Shown here one piece after another: positions 1 to 8,812 of a DNA stretch of 43,758 nt. The stretch is from Xanthobacteraceae bacterium. Its GTDB lineage: Bacteria; Pseudomonadota; Alphaproteobacteria; Rhizobiales; Xanthobacteraceae. The position numbers were made by a program, and so were the translations under genes. Under the pieces are notes generated by a model. It worked only from the letters and a program-made list of their open reading frames with translations, did not search any database and was not told the origin of the DNA. Position 1 is the stretch's first letter. Each line of letters opens with the position of its first letter. The stretch is from the NCBI GenBank assembly GCA_036008405.1, contig DASYNT010000191.1, forward strand, positions 1 to 43,758, given 5' to 3'.

Positions 1-1126
1 AGGTTGCCGGGCGCTTATCGCGAGCAAGCCATTTCGTCATTACGCCAGTCTCGCGCCAGTGTTTGCGCGAGTCCTCCGTAACGTTAAAGATGGGTCCGGA
101 CGAGCGCGGCTCGCCGAGCGCAGCGATCGCGGCGTCGCTCAGATGGAAGACGAAGGCGCGCTGACCTTTTTTCGTCTTCTCACGCGGCAGGGTCCAGGTC
201 CTGGCTTTGAGGTCGATCTCCTCCCAGCGGGCTTGGCGCGCTTCCTCCGGCCGTGCCGTGGTGAGGATTTGCCAGCGGAGGACACGAGCATGCTGGTCAT
301 CGCCGAGGGCGACAAGTTCGCGCATGAAGGCCGGCAAGTCGTCAGGATGGAGCCAAGCATAACCCTCGCTGCCGTGGCCGCCGGTGTTCTTGGGCAGCAG
401 TTGGCGCAGTTTGGCCTTGAGTGCAGCGGAGTTCGGTTCGACCCCGGCGAGATCAAGTGCCGACTCGACGAAGACGCGGAGCTTATGGCCATCGCTGTCG
501 CTGCCCCGCCAAAGCGGGGTGCCGCGGCTCGTATTGCTATTGAGCACGGCCGCGACGTCATCAACTGTGATTTCGGTGACGGGCATATCGAGGATCGAGC
601 GGCAATAGCGCGCAACGAGGCCACGGTAGCGCTTCTCGGTACGACCATTGCGCTTCGCGTTATCCCAGCCGCCGCGCTGCGCCCGCGCGTAGCGCTCCCA
701 CGCCTGCCGGAACGTCATGATGGCGCCTGGAGCCGGCGCGGTCGGTGCCCGAATGTCGGCCGGGAGGACGTCTACCGGCTTGGCGGAGATGGCAGGGAGG
801 CCAAGGCGGGTCCGTCGGCGCGCCTCACGGCGGGCCTCCAGGGCCTGCTGGCGTTCCGCGTAATTGGCGAGCCAAAGCTTGCTGCGCTCGGCCCTGGCCT
901 CTTTCTCGCCCAGGGCCGCCGCGCCGATGGCCGGCCAGAACGCGGACGTCAATACGCCACGGTGCCGATAGTCGTAGCGCCAGCGGCAAGAGCGCGGTCC
1001 GGTGATGAAGAGATAGAGACCGTCGCCATAAGAAATGCGACGGCGTGCGCCGCTCTCCACCTTGCGGGCGGCGACGTCGGCAAGGTAGCTTTCCAAGTGC
1101 TCAGCGGCTGTCAGTTTCCGGGGCAT
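1..1126 (-). CDS. Tyrosine-type (P4-like) site-specific integrase, C-terminal part cut off by the window edge
   Basis: Not in the ORF track because there is no stop inside the window. My translation from ATG 1126..1124 gives MPRKLTAAEHLESYLADVAARKVES...GLYLFITGPRSCRWRYDYR (arm-binding N-terminus) and later LTTARPEEARQARWEEIDLKARTWTLPREKTKKG (first catalytic Arg box). The frame stays open to nt 1. Confidence 0.85.
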   Translation of the reverse strand, partial: MPRKLTAAEHLESYLADVAARKVESGARRRISYGDGLYLFITGPRSCRWRYDYRHRGVLTSAFWPAIGAAALGEKEARAERSKLWLANYAERQQALEARREARRRTRLGLPAISAKPVDVLPADIRAPTAPAPGAIMTFRQAWERYARAQRGGWDNAKRNGRTEKRYRGLVARYCRSILDMPVTEITVDDVAAVLNSNTSRGTPLWRGSDSDGHKLRVFVESALDLAGVEPNSAALKAKLRQLLPKNTGGHGSEGYAWLHPDDLPAFMRELVALGDDQHARVLRWQILTTARPEEARQARWEEIDLKARTWTLPREKTKKGQRAFVFHLSDAAIAALGEPRSSGPIFNVTEDSRKHWRETGVMTKWLARDKRPAT

Positions 1127-1386
1127 GAAACGCAACTCCGAACCTACTTATGGCCTCACTTCTGACCATACCGGGTTGCGATATATGGTGCGCAGATGCG
1201 ATCGGCAACGGCAGGTGCGGCGGTTGTCTGCGAACCCACAAGCACCTGGAAAGGTGTAGATTTTCGCCGACTGCGGACGACTATGGGCAGATACGGCAAT
1301 TAGGGTACGGAGATGGATTACGGGTTCGCGCGGAGCCGCGCGCTCGGGAATGACTCGGACCGGAATGTCGGGCAAGCCGCACGTGG

Positions 1387-2400
1387 TCAGCCGCCGATCG
1401 CGCCCTGGGTGTTCACGTAGAGCGAATAGAGCGAGTGGCTCGACGCCATGAACAGGCGATTGCGCTTGACGCCGCCGAAGCAGAGATTGGCGCTGCGCTC
1501 GGGTAGCGCGATCTTGCCGATCCGCTTGCCTTGCGGATTGAACACGACGACGCCGTCGAGCGCCGGCGCCGTGCCCCAGCCGCACCACAAATTGCCGTCG
1601 ACGTCGCAGCGGAAGCCGTCCGGGGTCTCGCCGGCCTCGCAGGTCACGAAGGCGCGGCCGTTGGCGAGCCGGGTGCCGTCGTCGACCACGTCATAGGCGC
1701 GGATCACGCTCGGCGGCGCGCTGAAGTCGACGATGTACATCTGACGCTCGTCGGGCGAGAAGCACAGCCCGTTGGGCCTGATGTTGCCGACCGCCACGGC
1801 GGCGCGCCCAGTGCGGGGATCGAGTCGGTACACGTTGGTCGGCAGCTCCTGGGCGGCGAGGTGGCCCTCGTAATTGCCGGCGATGCCCGGGGTCGGATCG
1901 GAAAACCAGATCGAGTCGTCGGACTTGACGACGACATCGTTGGGCGAGTTGAGCGGCTTGCCGTCGAACTTGTCGATCAGCACGGTGATGGTGCCGTCGT
2001 ATTCGGTGCGGGTGACGCGCCGGGCGTCGTGCTCGCAGGTGACGAGGCGGCCCTGGCGGTCGCGGGTATTGCCGTTGGAATAGTTGGAGGGGCTGCGGAA
2101 TACGCTGGCGCGGCGGGTCGTCTCGTCCCAACGCATCATGCGATTGTTGGGGATGTCGCTCCACAGCACGCAGCGGGCGTCGCCGAACCATACCGGCCCC
2201 TCGCTCCAGCGCATGCCGGTGGCGAGCCGCTCGATGCTCGCGTTGAACACGCGATATTTGAGGAAGCTCGGGTCGAGCGCGGTGATGGCGGGGTCGGGAT
2301 AGCGCTCGCTCGGCTCCCAGCCGCCGAAGGCCCGGCTGTGGGCGAGCGTGGCCGCGACGGCGGCGCCGCTGGCAAGCAGTTGGCGTCTGGTCGTCTCCAT
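1387..2400 (-). CDS. SMP-30/gluconolactonase/LRE family protein with a Tat-type signal
   Basis: The C-terminal 337 aa of track ORF 1387..2862 start at METTRRQLLASGAAVAATLA (twin-Arg signal, ATG at 2400..2398). Family motifs present: SEGPVW, NSPNDVVV, PNGLCFSPD, PDGFRCDVDGNLW. Confidence 0.9.
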   Translation of the reverse strand: METTRRQLLASGAAVAATLAHSRAFGGWEPSERYPDPAITALDPSFLKYRVFNASIERLATGMRWSEGPVWFGDARCVLWSDIPNNRMMRWDETTRRASVFRSPSNYSNGNTRDRQGRLVTCEHDARRVTRTEYDGTITVLIDKFDGKPLNSPNDVVVKSDDSIWFSDPTPGIAGNYEGHLAAQELPTNVYRLDPRTGRAAVAVGNIRPNGLCFSPDERQMYIVDFSAPPSVIRAYDVVDDGTRLANGRAFVTCEAGETPDGFRCDVDGNLWCGWGTAPALDGVVVFNPQGKRIGKIALPERSANLCFGGVKRNRLFMASSHSLYSLYVNTQGAIGG

Positions 2401-2548
2401 GGCATTTCCCCTGGCGTCGCGGCCTCGAGCGGGCGCGGTTGGGACGCTTATAGCAGGGGGTGCCGGCCGCGATCCATCGGGTTCGGCGCCGTCGGCCCGA
2501 TGCCCAGCCGAACTGGCGGGAGCAGCCGACGCGAGAGACGCCGGCACA

Positions 2549-2887
2549 CTATGCGGCACAACGACCGACAATGCGGCCCAAAATCGGATCAGGGAACGGG
2601 GATGCCACCGGCTCGCAGTAGGGGAGCAGCGCAGGTTCCGGAGGAGCGGACTTGAAGTTCGGCAAGCAATCACTCTTGGCTGCCCGGTTGACGTACCCAC
2701 CGGCGAGGGATTTGGAAGCGCGTTCTGTTGTCGACATAATGAAATTCCAGCCGGCGCGGGCAAGCCCGTCGTGAATTGATGGGTTGAACTCGCCCTGCCG
2801 TGTCGCATTGGCAAAGACCTGATCAAAATCGATCTTGGTCTCGGATGCCGGCGCGGACGCAAAAGTCTCGAGGTCCGACCAGGCCAA
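2549..2887 (-). other. Possible gene remnant or hypothetical ORF (TTG start) in a low-GC patch
   Basis: 112-codon ORF with non-shadow-like composition (WSDLETFASAPASETKIDFDQVFANATRQGEFNPSIHDGLARAGWNFIM). No ATG start, no SD seen, no recognisable family. Confidence 0.2.
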
Positions 2888-3430
2888 GCCGGAAACGATT
2901 CAGATGCCGATGGCGATTGCGATTGAAAGCCGCTTCGGGATCATGACCAACCCCCCAATGGTTCACAGGCCCAAAAATAGGCCTCACTGGCTGGTTGGGA
3001 AATTCAGGTGTTGTGCCTACGCATCTGCCCATAAGCAAAAATACGTAGCGGCCGCGTGCCGCGGACGCATCGCCACGACGGTCGCCTCGAACATCGCGTC
3101 ATCCATTCCGGCCCAGGTGCCCCGTCCGTCCCACGGGGCCGCCCGGCATTCGCTTTGCGAGGCGGGCTACGAGTCGGGCCTCGGGCCACGGTCAGTACCG
3201 CGTCGGCCGGCGCACCTCAGCAGCGAAGATCACGGTCAACTTCGGCGTCCCAGCGCGCTCTGCGGCTAATCGTAGGGAAGAGCACGCCCCGGCTTTCGGC
3301 CTCGAGGATTGCTCGAATTCCGCCGTCAGGGGCCCTTGCTGTTCCCGGCCCTGATTTTTGGTAGGATGCAACAAACTGCATCAGGTGCGCTGCGCTGTCG
3401 GCTGGCGTCGACAACATCGGGAGCACAGGC

Positions 3431-4210
3431 GTGATATGGATCTTTAGATGCGTGCTGCCACTGGTCGCGCTGGTCGCGACCCAAATTACGTTTGCTCGCG
3501 CCGCCGAGCAGGTCGACCTGCTTTTGGCGTTGGCGATGGACGTGTCGCGCAGCATGGATCAGCCGAAGTTCATGTTGCAGCGCGAAGGTTATGCAGCGGC
3601 GATATCCGATCCGCAGGTGCTCAGCGCGATTAGATCCGGGGCCCATCAGAAGATCGCGATCTGCTTCATCGATTGGTCGGGTCCGTTCGAGCAGAAGCTC
3701 GTGGTCGATTGGAGCGTCGTCGACGGGATCGATGCCGCGCTCCGCCTCGGCAATCTGATCTTGAGGGCCCCGCGTACGTTCTACAATAGCACCTCGATCG
3801 GTTCCGCCATCGACTTCGCTGCCGCTCAGATCGCCCGAGCACCGTTCGAGGCCGAACGCCATGCCATCGACGTATCGGGAGACGGCACCAATAATTCCGG
3901 CCGCGATGTGCGGCTTTTCCGCGATCGGGCGGTCGCCCAGGGCATCGTCGTCAGCGGCCTTGTCATTCTCACCGACATTCAATTCGCCCAAAATCCCGCG
4001 CACACCAATCCACCCGGGGGCATCGAGAAATACTACCATGACAACGTGATCGGGGGGCCAGGCTCGTTCGTGATGGTGGCGGAGGACTACGATTCGTTCG
4101 GCCGCGCCATGGTGAAGAAGCTTATCGCAGAGATCGCAACCGGGCCCGCGCTGCTACGTTCAGCATCGACCGAGGGATCGGCCAAAGGATCGCCATCGCC
4201 GCGACCCTAG
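3431..4210 (+). CDS. DUF1194 (vWA-like) domain protein, secreted
   Basis: GTG start followed by a signal peptide. Motifs: LALAMDVSRSMD...EGYAAAISDPQV...DVSGDGTNNSGRDV...GIVVSGLVIL. Confidence 0.85.
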   Translation: MIWIFRCVLPLVALVATQITFARAAEQVDLLLALAMDVSRSMDQPKFMLQREGYAAAISDPQVLSAIRSGAHQKIAICFIDWSGPFEQKLVVDWSVVDGIDAALRLGNLILRAPRTFYNSTSIGSAIDFAAAQIARAPFEAERHAIDVSGDGTNNSGRDVRLFRDRAVAQGIVVSGLVILTDIQFAQNPAHTNPPGGIEKYYHDNVIGGPGSFVMVAEDYDSFGRAMVKKLIAEIATGPALLRSASTEGSAKGSPSPRP

Positions 4211-4284
4211 CGTTGTTTTCAAGGCTTGTTTTTTGCGTGTGCGCGCGGGGTAGTGCGTTGCGCGGCGCCAGCGAGGATACCGCG

Positions 4285-4692
4285 ATGCTGAGGGACGACA
4301 GAAGCGGCGGCGAGGAACGGCGGAGTCTATCCCGCAACGTGTTCGGCGAGCCCCTTGCAGCCTGCTCGATGAGCCCGATGACGGGCTTTTATCGGGACGG
4401 CTGCTGCAACACGGGGCCGGAAGACGTTGGCAGCCACACCGTCTGTGTCGTCACCACTGCCGAGTTTCTCGAATTTTCCAAGTCGCGTGGCAACGATCTC
4501 TCGACGCCATTGCCGAGCCACGGCTTTGCCGGCCTCAAACCCGGCGATCGCTGGTGCTTATGTGCGCCCCGTTGGCAGGAAGCACTCGAGGCCGGCCAAG
4601 CGCCCCGCGTGGTGTTGCGCGCCACTCACGAGGGGGCTTTGACCTGCTGCTCTCTTGCCGATCTCAAGCGCCATGCGGTCGACTTGGCCTGA
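4285..4692 (+). CDS. DUF2237 family protein
   Basis: Internal ATG of track ORF 4213..4692. Motifs: NVFGEPLAACSMSPMTGFYRDGCCNTGPEDVGSHTVC...GDRWCLCAPRWQEA. Confidence 0.85.
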   Translation: MLRDDRSGGEERRSLSRNVFGEPLAACSMSPMTGFYRDGCCNTGPEDVGSHTVCVVTTAEFLEFSKSRGNDLSTPLPSHGFAGLKPGDRWCLCAPRWQEALEAGQAPRVVLRATHEGALTCCSLADLKRHAVDLA

Positions 4693-5065
4693 CGGCCGGC
4701 AATAACGGGCCTTCTCCGCCGTTCGGCACGCAGGTGGAATCGCGCGCAGCCAAGACCCCTCGCATGCGCATCATTGGGAGGTTCAAGCGCGGCGAGACCT
4801 CCCAGCCTCGTCCCCCGCGGGTTTCTTCCCGGAGGCTCTCGGATGCCGGGCGCCGGAGTTCACGACACCGCCGGGCGCGGCCGGCATCCGAAACCCGTCA
4901 CGAATTCGGGCGTTCCGGCTCAGTACAGACCATTCCTATGCGCTCCGGACTGCAGTAGGCTCGCCACGACTGAAAGCGGTGACCGGAGATCACCTTGCGA
5001 TGATGCGATTTCATGGCTGGACCGGGCAGGTGCTATCGCAAGTTCAAATAGCTTGGGGCAGGAAA

Positions 5066-6706
5066 ATGAAAACATTAGCCACCGGGTTGCTCGCGATGTT
5101 GAGCGTGCTCGTTGCGGAGAGTTCGATCGCGCAGCAGGGCATCAACGCTCCGCCCGACGCGATCTTCTACAACGGCAAGATCATTACGGTCGATTCGGAC
5201 TTTACGATTCAGCAAGCGTTTGCCGTCAGCGGCGACCTATATGTCGCCGTGGGGACCAATGCTGCAATCCGAGCGCTCGCAGGAGCGAATACTCGTTTGG
5301 TCGATCTTCGGGGCTCCGCGGTCATCCCCGGCCTGTCGGACAACCACGATCATCTCTACAACAGCGAAAAGGTGATGCGCGGGATCGACCTGGTCGGGGC
5401 CACTTCGACCGCGGAGGTGCTCAGGCGACTTCGGGACGGCCTTGCCAAAGCCAAGGCGGGTGAAACCGTCTTCGGAAGCGTCGGGTGGAGGGCACCCCTG
5501 ACCAGGAAAGATCTCGACCAAATCTCGGCCGATGTCCCAATCGTCGCGCTGCGCGCCCGCCGCGGCGCCGCCGTAATGAACAGTGCCGCCCTGAAGAAGG
5601 CGGGGATTTCCAAAGACATGCAATCCTACATGGGCAAGGAGATCCCGAAGGACAGCGGCGGCGAATTGACCGGAGAAACCCCTGATTATCCCGCCGGACT
5701 TTTCGTCGTCGACAAGGTGGTGCCGCTCCCGACGCCGCGCGAAGAAGAACAGTGGATCGAGGCGGGGCAGAAGCAGCGAAACGCGCTGGGCATCACCAGC
5801 ATCCGCGACCTGTCGAATTGGCCTCACGCTATGCGCGCTTTTGAGCGGATGTGGCGGCAGGGACGACTGACGGTGCGCGTCAGCTTAGGCCTGGAGCTTG
5901 CGGTCAGCAATCCGGCGGAATTCGCGCGCCAGCAGATGGTGACACCTGGGTTCGGCGATCACTGGCTGCGCATCGATTCGGCCGGCGAGCGGCCACATCC
6001 CCCCGAAGGGGACGCCACACTGGAGGAATACAAGGCGCTGATGCTGGAACTCAACCGCTTGGGTTGGCGGCATTCGCCGCATGTGGGGACCAACGAAGCG
6101 CTCGAAGAGGTTCTGCAGGCCTACGAAGCCGCCGACCGCGAAAGCCCGATCCGCGACCGGCGCTGGGTGGTCGAGCACATTCCCAATGTCACGCCCGCTC
6201 TGATGGAGCGGCTCGCTAAGCTCAACATTATCGTGTCCACCAACATGGCGGGATATGCCGGGAATTACGATGCCGCGGTACGGGCGCTGGGCCAGGAACA
6301 GGCTGAACGTCAAACGCCGGTGAGGGAAATGCTCGATCACCATCTGGTGGTCGTTAACGGCAGCGATTATGGAGGACCGTCTCCAGAGACGACGACATCC
6401 AACAACCCGTTCGTCCCGCTGTATTACTACGTGTCGCGCAAGACCCGCGACGGACGCGTGCTTGGGCCGCAGGAGAAAATCAGCCGCGAGGAAGCGCTGC
6501 GCATCGCCACCAACAACAATGCCTTCGCGACTTGGGAAGAGAAGATGAAGGGCTCCATCGAACCCGGAAAGCTGGCAGATTTCCTGGTCCTTTCAGGTGA
6601 TTTCATGACCATCCCCGAGGACGAGATCCTCAAGCTCCGTCCGATGGCCACCTATGTGGGAGGGCGTAAGGTGTACGTGGCGCCGGAGGCAAATGGCGCC
6701 TTTTAG
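5066..6706 (+). CDS. Amidohydrolase family (Amidohydro_3/YtcJ-like) metal-dependent hydrolase, secreted
   Basis: MKTLATGLLAMLSVLVAESSIAQQ signal with an SD (ggaaa) upstream. Motifs: IPGLSDNHDHL metal motif, VVEHIPNV, GSDYGG. Confidence 0.9.
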   Translation: MKTLATGLLAMLSVLVAESSIAQQGINAPPDAIFYNGKIITVDSDFTIQQAFAVSGDLYVAVGTNAAIRALAGANTRLVDLRGSAVIPGLSDNHDHLYNSEKVMRGIDLVGATSTAEVLRRLRDGLAKAKAGETVFGSVGWRAPLTRKDLDQISADVPIVALRARRGAAVMNSAALKKAGISKDMQSYMGKEIPKDSGGELTGETPDYPAGLFVVDKVVPLPTPREEEQWIEAGQKQRNALGITSIRDLSNWPHAMRAFERMWRQGRLTVRVSLGLELAVSNPAEFARQQMVTPGFGDHWLRIDSAGERPHPPEGDATLEEYKALMLELNRLGWRHSPHVGTNEALEEVLQAYEAADRESPIRDRRWVVEHIPNVTPALMERLAKLNIIVSTNMAGYAGNYDAAVRALGQEQAERQTPVREMLDHHLVVVNGSDYGGPSPETTTSNNPFVPLYYYVSRKTRDGRVLGPQEKISREEALRIATNNNAFATWEEKMKGSIEPGKLADFLVLSGDFMTIPEDEILKLRPMATYVGGRKVYVAPEANGAF

Positions 6707-7110
6707 ACAAGCGACGCCGGCCCCCTTCCTTCGGCAGCGCCAGCGCCGTCCTGCGTTTTTTCGGGCGCGATCAGATTGAGCGTTCCGGGCGCGGCCTCCA
6801 CACCGATGTTCCGGGTTCGCGAAGGAGGGTTGGCGGCAGGAATGGCCCATCTCCGGAATCCACGGCCGCCGGCCGTGGCTGCGCTTTCTGGGGTAGTGCC
6901 GTCGCTGACGGGCCTCGTCCTGTGGGCCGGGCGGTGGTGGCGGGACCGCCCAAATTCGGGAGGGGCTTTCTTTCTTCCCGAATATGTGTCGCATTAGATT
7001 AAAGCAATTCGTGCCGCCATTGCTTTCAGCCAGAGCTGTCGACCTCAATCGGTTTCCGGGCGGGCGGTCCCGGCGCCGATGTCTGGGCCCCACAGCTCGA
7101 TCGTGTTGTC

Positions 7111-8595
7111 TCAACCGACACTCTTGGTCGATCGGCCTGCGGCGAGACCCAGCCTCCCACGCAGCCGCCGGAACACATTTTCGTCCGTTTGCAGATCGGG
7201 GCTGCGGCCGTCCCGTTCTGCCTGAATGACGATGGACTCGACGATCTCGCGTCCGTCCGGGTCCTTGACGGCATCCATCGGGGTGCGGTTTCCCAAAATG
7301 GGGAGCGGCTGGCTCACCCAGTGCTCCCAGTGCGCCGCCATCATTTCGGAAATCTTTTCGCGCACCTCTGGAAGTCGGGCGAGCCGATCGCTCTCCTCGG
7401 AGGCAGCACCACCGCGTGCGCCGCCGGCCGCCTGCCGATCAGCAAACATCTTCTCCAGCGATTGAATTTCGCTCGCACGATAACGAACGCCCGCACCGAG
7501 TGCTTTTTCTATCTTCTTGCGTATAGCGTTGGCGCGCGCCTTCGAGTTGACCTCGGCGATGAGGCGCGCAGGGTAGATCTCGATCCACCCGAGCACCGTG
7601 TTGTCCCATCCGGCATGCTTCTTGTTGCCGCGCTTCTTCCAGCTGAAACGCACGCCCGTCAGCTTGCCCTCGGAATCGCGTGTTGCATCAGCCAGGAGGT
7701 CTTCGTCCGATTCGCCCAGCGCGAGGTGCTTCAACGCATCGAACGCGGCCTGTGGCGGAGCCTCGAGGTCGAACACCAGTTTGTGCGGCGACAGCGGATC
7801 GCCGTCGGTGTTCTGCAGTATGGGCAGACGCGGATTGAACAGGCGGTCCGAAATTTCATGAACGAGATCGAGCAGCTCGAACTCTCGCTCACGCAGGACT
7901 CGATGGGTGATCCTCGGGTGCGCAGAAGCGATGCGAGTTCGTAATTCGATGATCGACGCTTTCTGCATCGGGGGAATAACAAACCCAGTGAACGCTTCAA
8001 GCATCGTCAACCCGTCTACCGAGGCGAGCTGTCCGAACAATAAATCGCCAGCCTGCATCCCCTGCGACGCGGCTCGCTCGGTGACCGAGTGCTCCTCCCT
8101 CGTCATGACGTCGCGCAAGGTCATTCCGGTTCCGGGATTGCAGGCCAACACTTCGAAGAACGTAAACGAGGCGGTCAAAACCGATTCGAGATAACGCCGA
8201 AGAAGCGGGTCGAGCTGCGGCCCTTTGGTTGCCAGATATGCCTTGATGGGGATAACGCCGTGCAGAGATTTATTCACAACCTCGGTGGCGACGGGATCGG
8301 GCGCCCAGCAATTGAAGAACCAAGGCATGAAGAGCTGCATGAGCGGCGCATCGGGATCGAATTCGAGATCCTCGACGCCCGTGAATTCGTCCCAGGCCTC
8401 ATACATCGCCGTCGGCCCGTAAGCTCGAGCAGTGAAGCGCAACATTTCGTTCGGAAAGCCGTCGAGCAGTCCACGCATCCTGCGCCAAGTAAGGTCGGTG
8501 GGCGCGGCAGCCTGGGCGGTCGCGGCGGTGAGACAGCAGTGCTTGTATTTCTTGCCGCTGCCGCAAGGGCAGGGGTCGTTGCGACCAAGTTTCAT
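7111..8595 (-). CDS. SEC-C metal-binding motif protein (494 aa) with a DUF2384-like C-terminal segment
   Basis: The real start is MKLGRNDPCPCGSGKKYKHCC (ATG 8595..8593) inside track ORF 7111..8895. C-terminus reads WVSQPLPILGNRTPMDAVKDPDGREIVESIVIQAERDG. Confidence 0.85.
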   Translation of the reverse strand: MKLGRNDPCPCGSGKKYKHCCLTAATAQAAAPTDLTWRRMRGLLDGFPNEMLRFTARAYGPTAMYEAWDEFTGVEDLEFDPDAPLMQLFMPWFFNCWAPDPVATEVVNKSLHGVIPIKAYLATKGPQLDPLLRRYLESVLTASFTFFEVLACNPGTGMTLRDVMTREEHSVTERAASQGMQAGDLLFGQLASVDGLTMLEAFTGFVIPPMQKASIIELRTRIASAHPRITHRVLREREFELLDLVHEISDRLFNPRLPILQNTDGDPLSPHKLVFDLEAPPQAAFDALKHLALGESDEDLLADATRDSEGKLTGVRFSWKKRGNKKHAGWDNTVLGWIEIYPARLIAEVNSKARANAIRKKIEKALGAGVRYRASEIQSLEKMFADRQAAGGARGGAASEESDRLARLPEVREKISEMMAAHWEHWVSQPLPILGNRTPMDAVKDPDGREIVESIVIQAERDGRSPDLQTDENVFRRLRGRLGLAAGRSTKSVG

Positions 8596-8812
8596 TTGCC
8601 GGCCTCGCGAACAGCGTTCACGGATCCGAGATACGCCTTTTGTAGCCAACTGTAAAAGACGGGTGTGGACAGCCCGCCCCGGGCACCCAGGAACAATTCG
8701 ACCCGATCGTTCAGGCCTGGATCGATACCGGATGCCGCGAGCGACCATCCTGGACGCATGTGCGGAACCCGAGCGGGCGGGTCGCGTTAGTCCGGAAAAG
8801 CCGGACGATCTC

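Noticed and set aside
59-1165. 368-aa + strand ORF, the longest listed ORF at the left end
   Set aside because: Ala/Arg/Gly-rich with no family signal. It lies exactly antisense to a clean integrase reading frame, so it is a high-GC shadow ORF.
1127-1386. Search for a tRNA/tmRNA or att site next to the integrase
   Set aside because: There is no T-arm (GGTTCGAnnCC-like) with matching stems on either strand. GTGGGTTCGCAG at about 1227-1238 (minus strand) lacks a pairing stem and the conserved A58. Only a 9-mer (CGAACCTAC) is shared with 18.69 kb, which is compatible with chance.
6754-6782. Possible fourth copy of the palindromic repeat family, and a terminator after the amidohydrolase gene
   Set aside because: It shares only TTTTCGGGCG.GATC with the family and lacks the left arm. 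The stem before the T-run is only about 4 bp. This is too weak to call as a feature.
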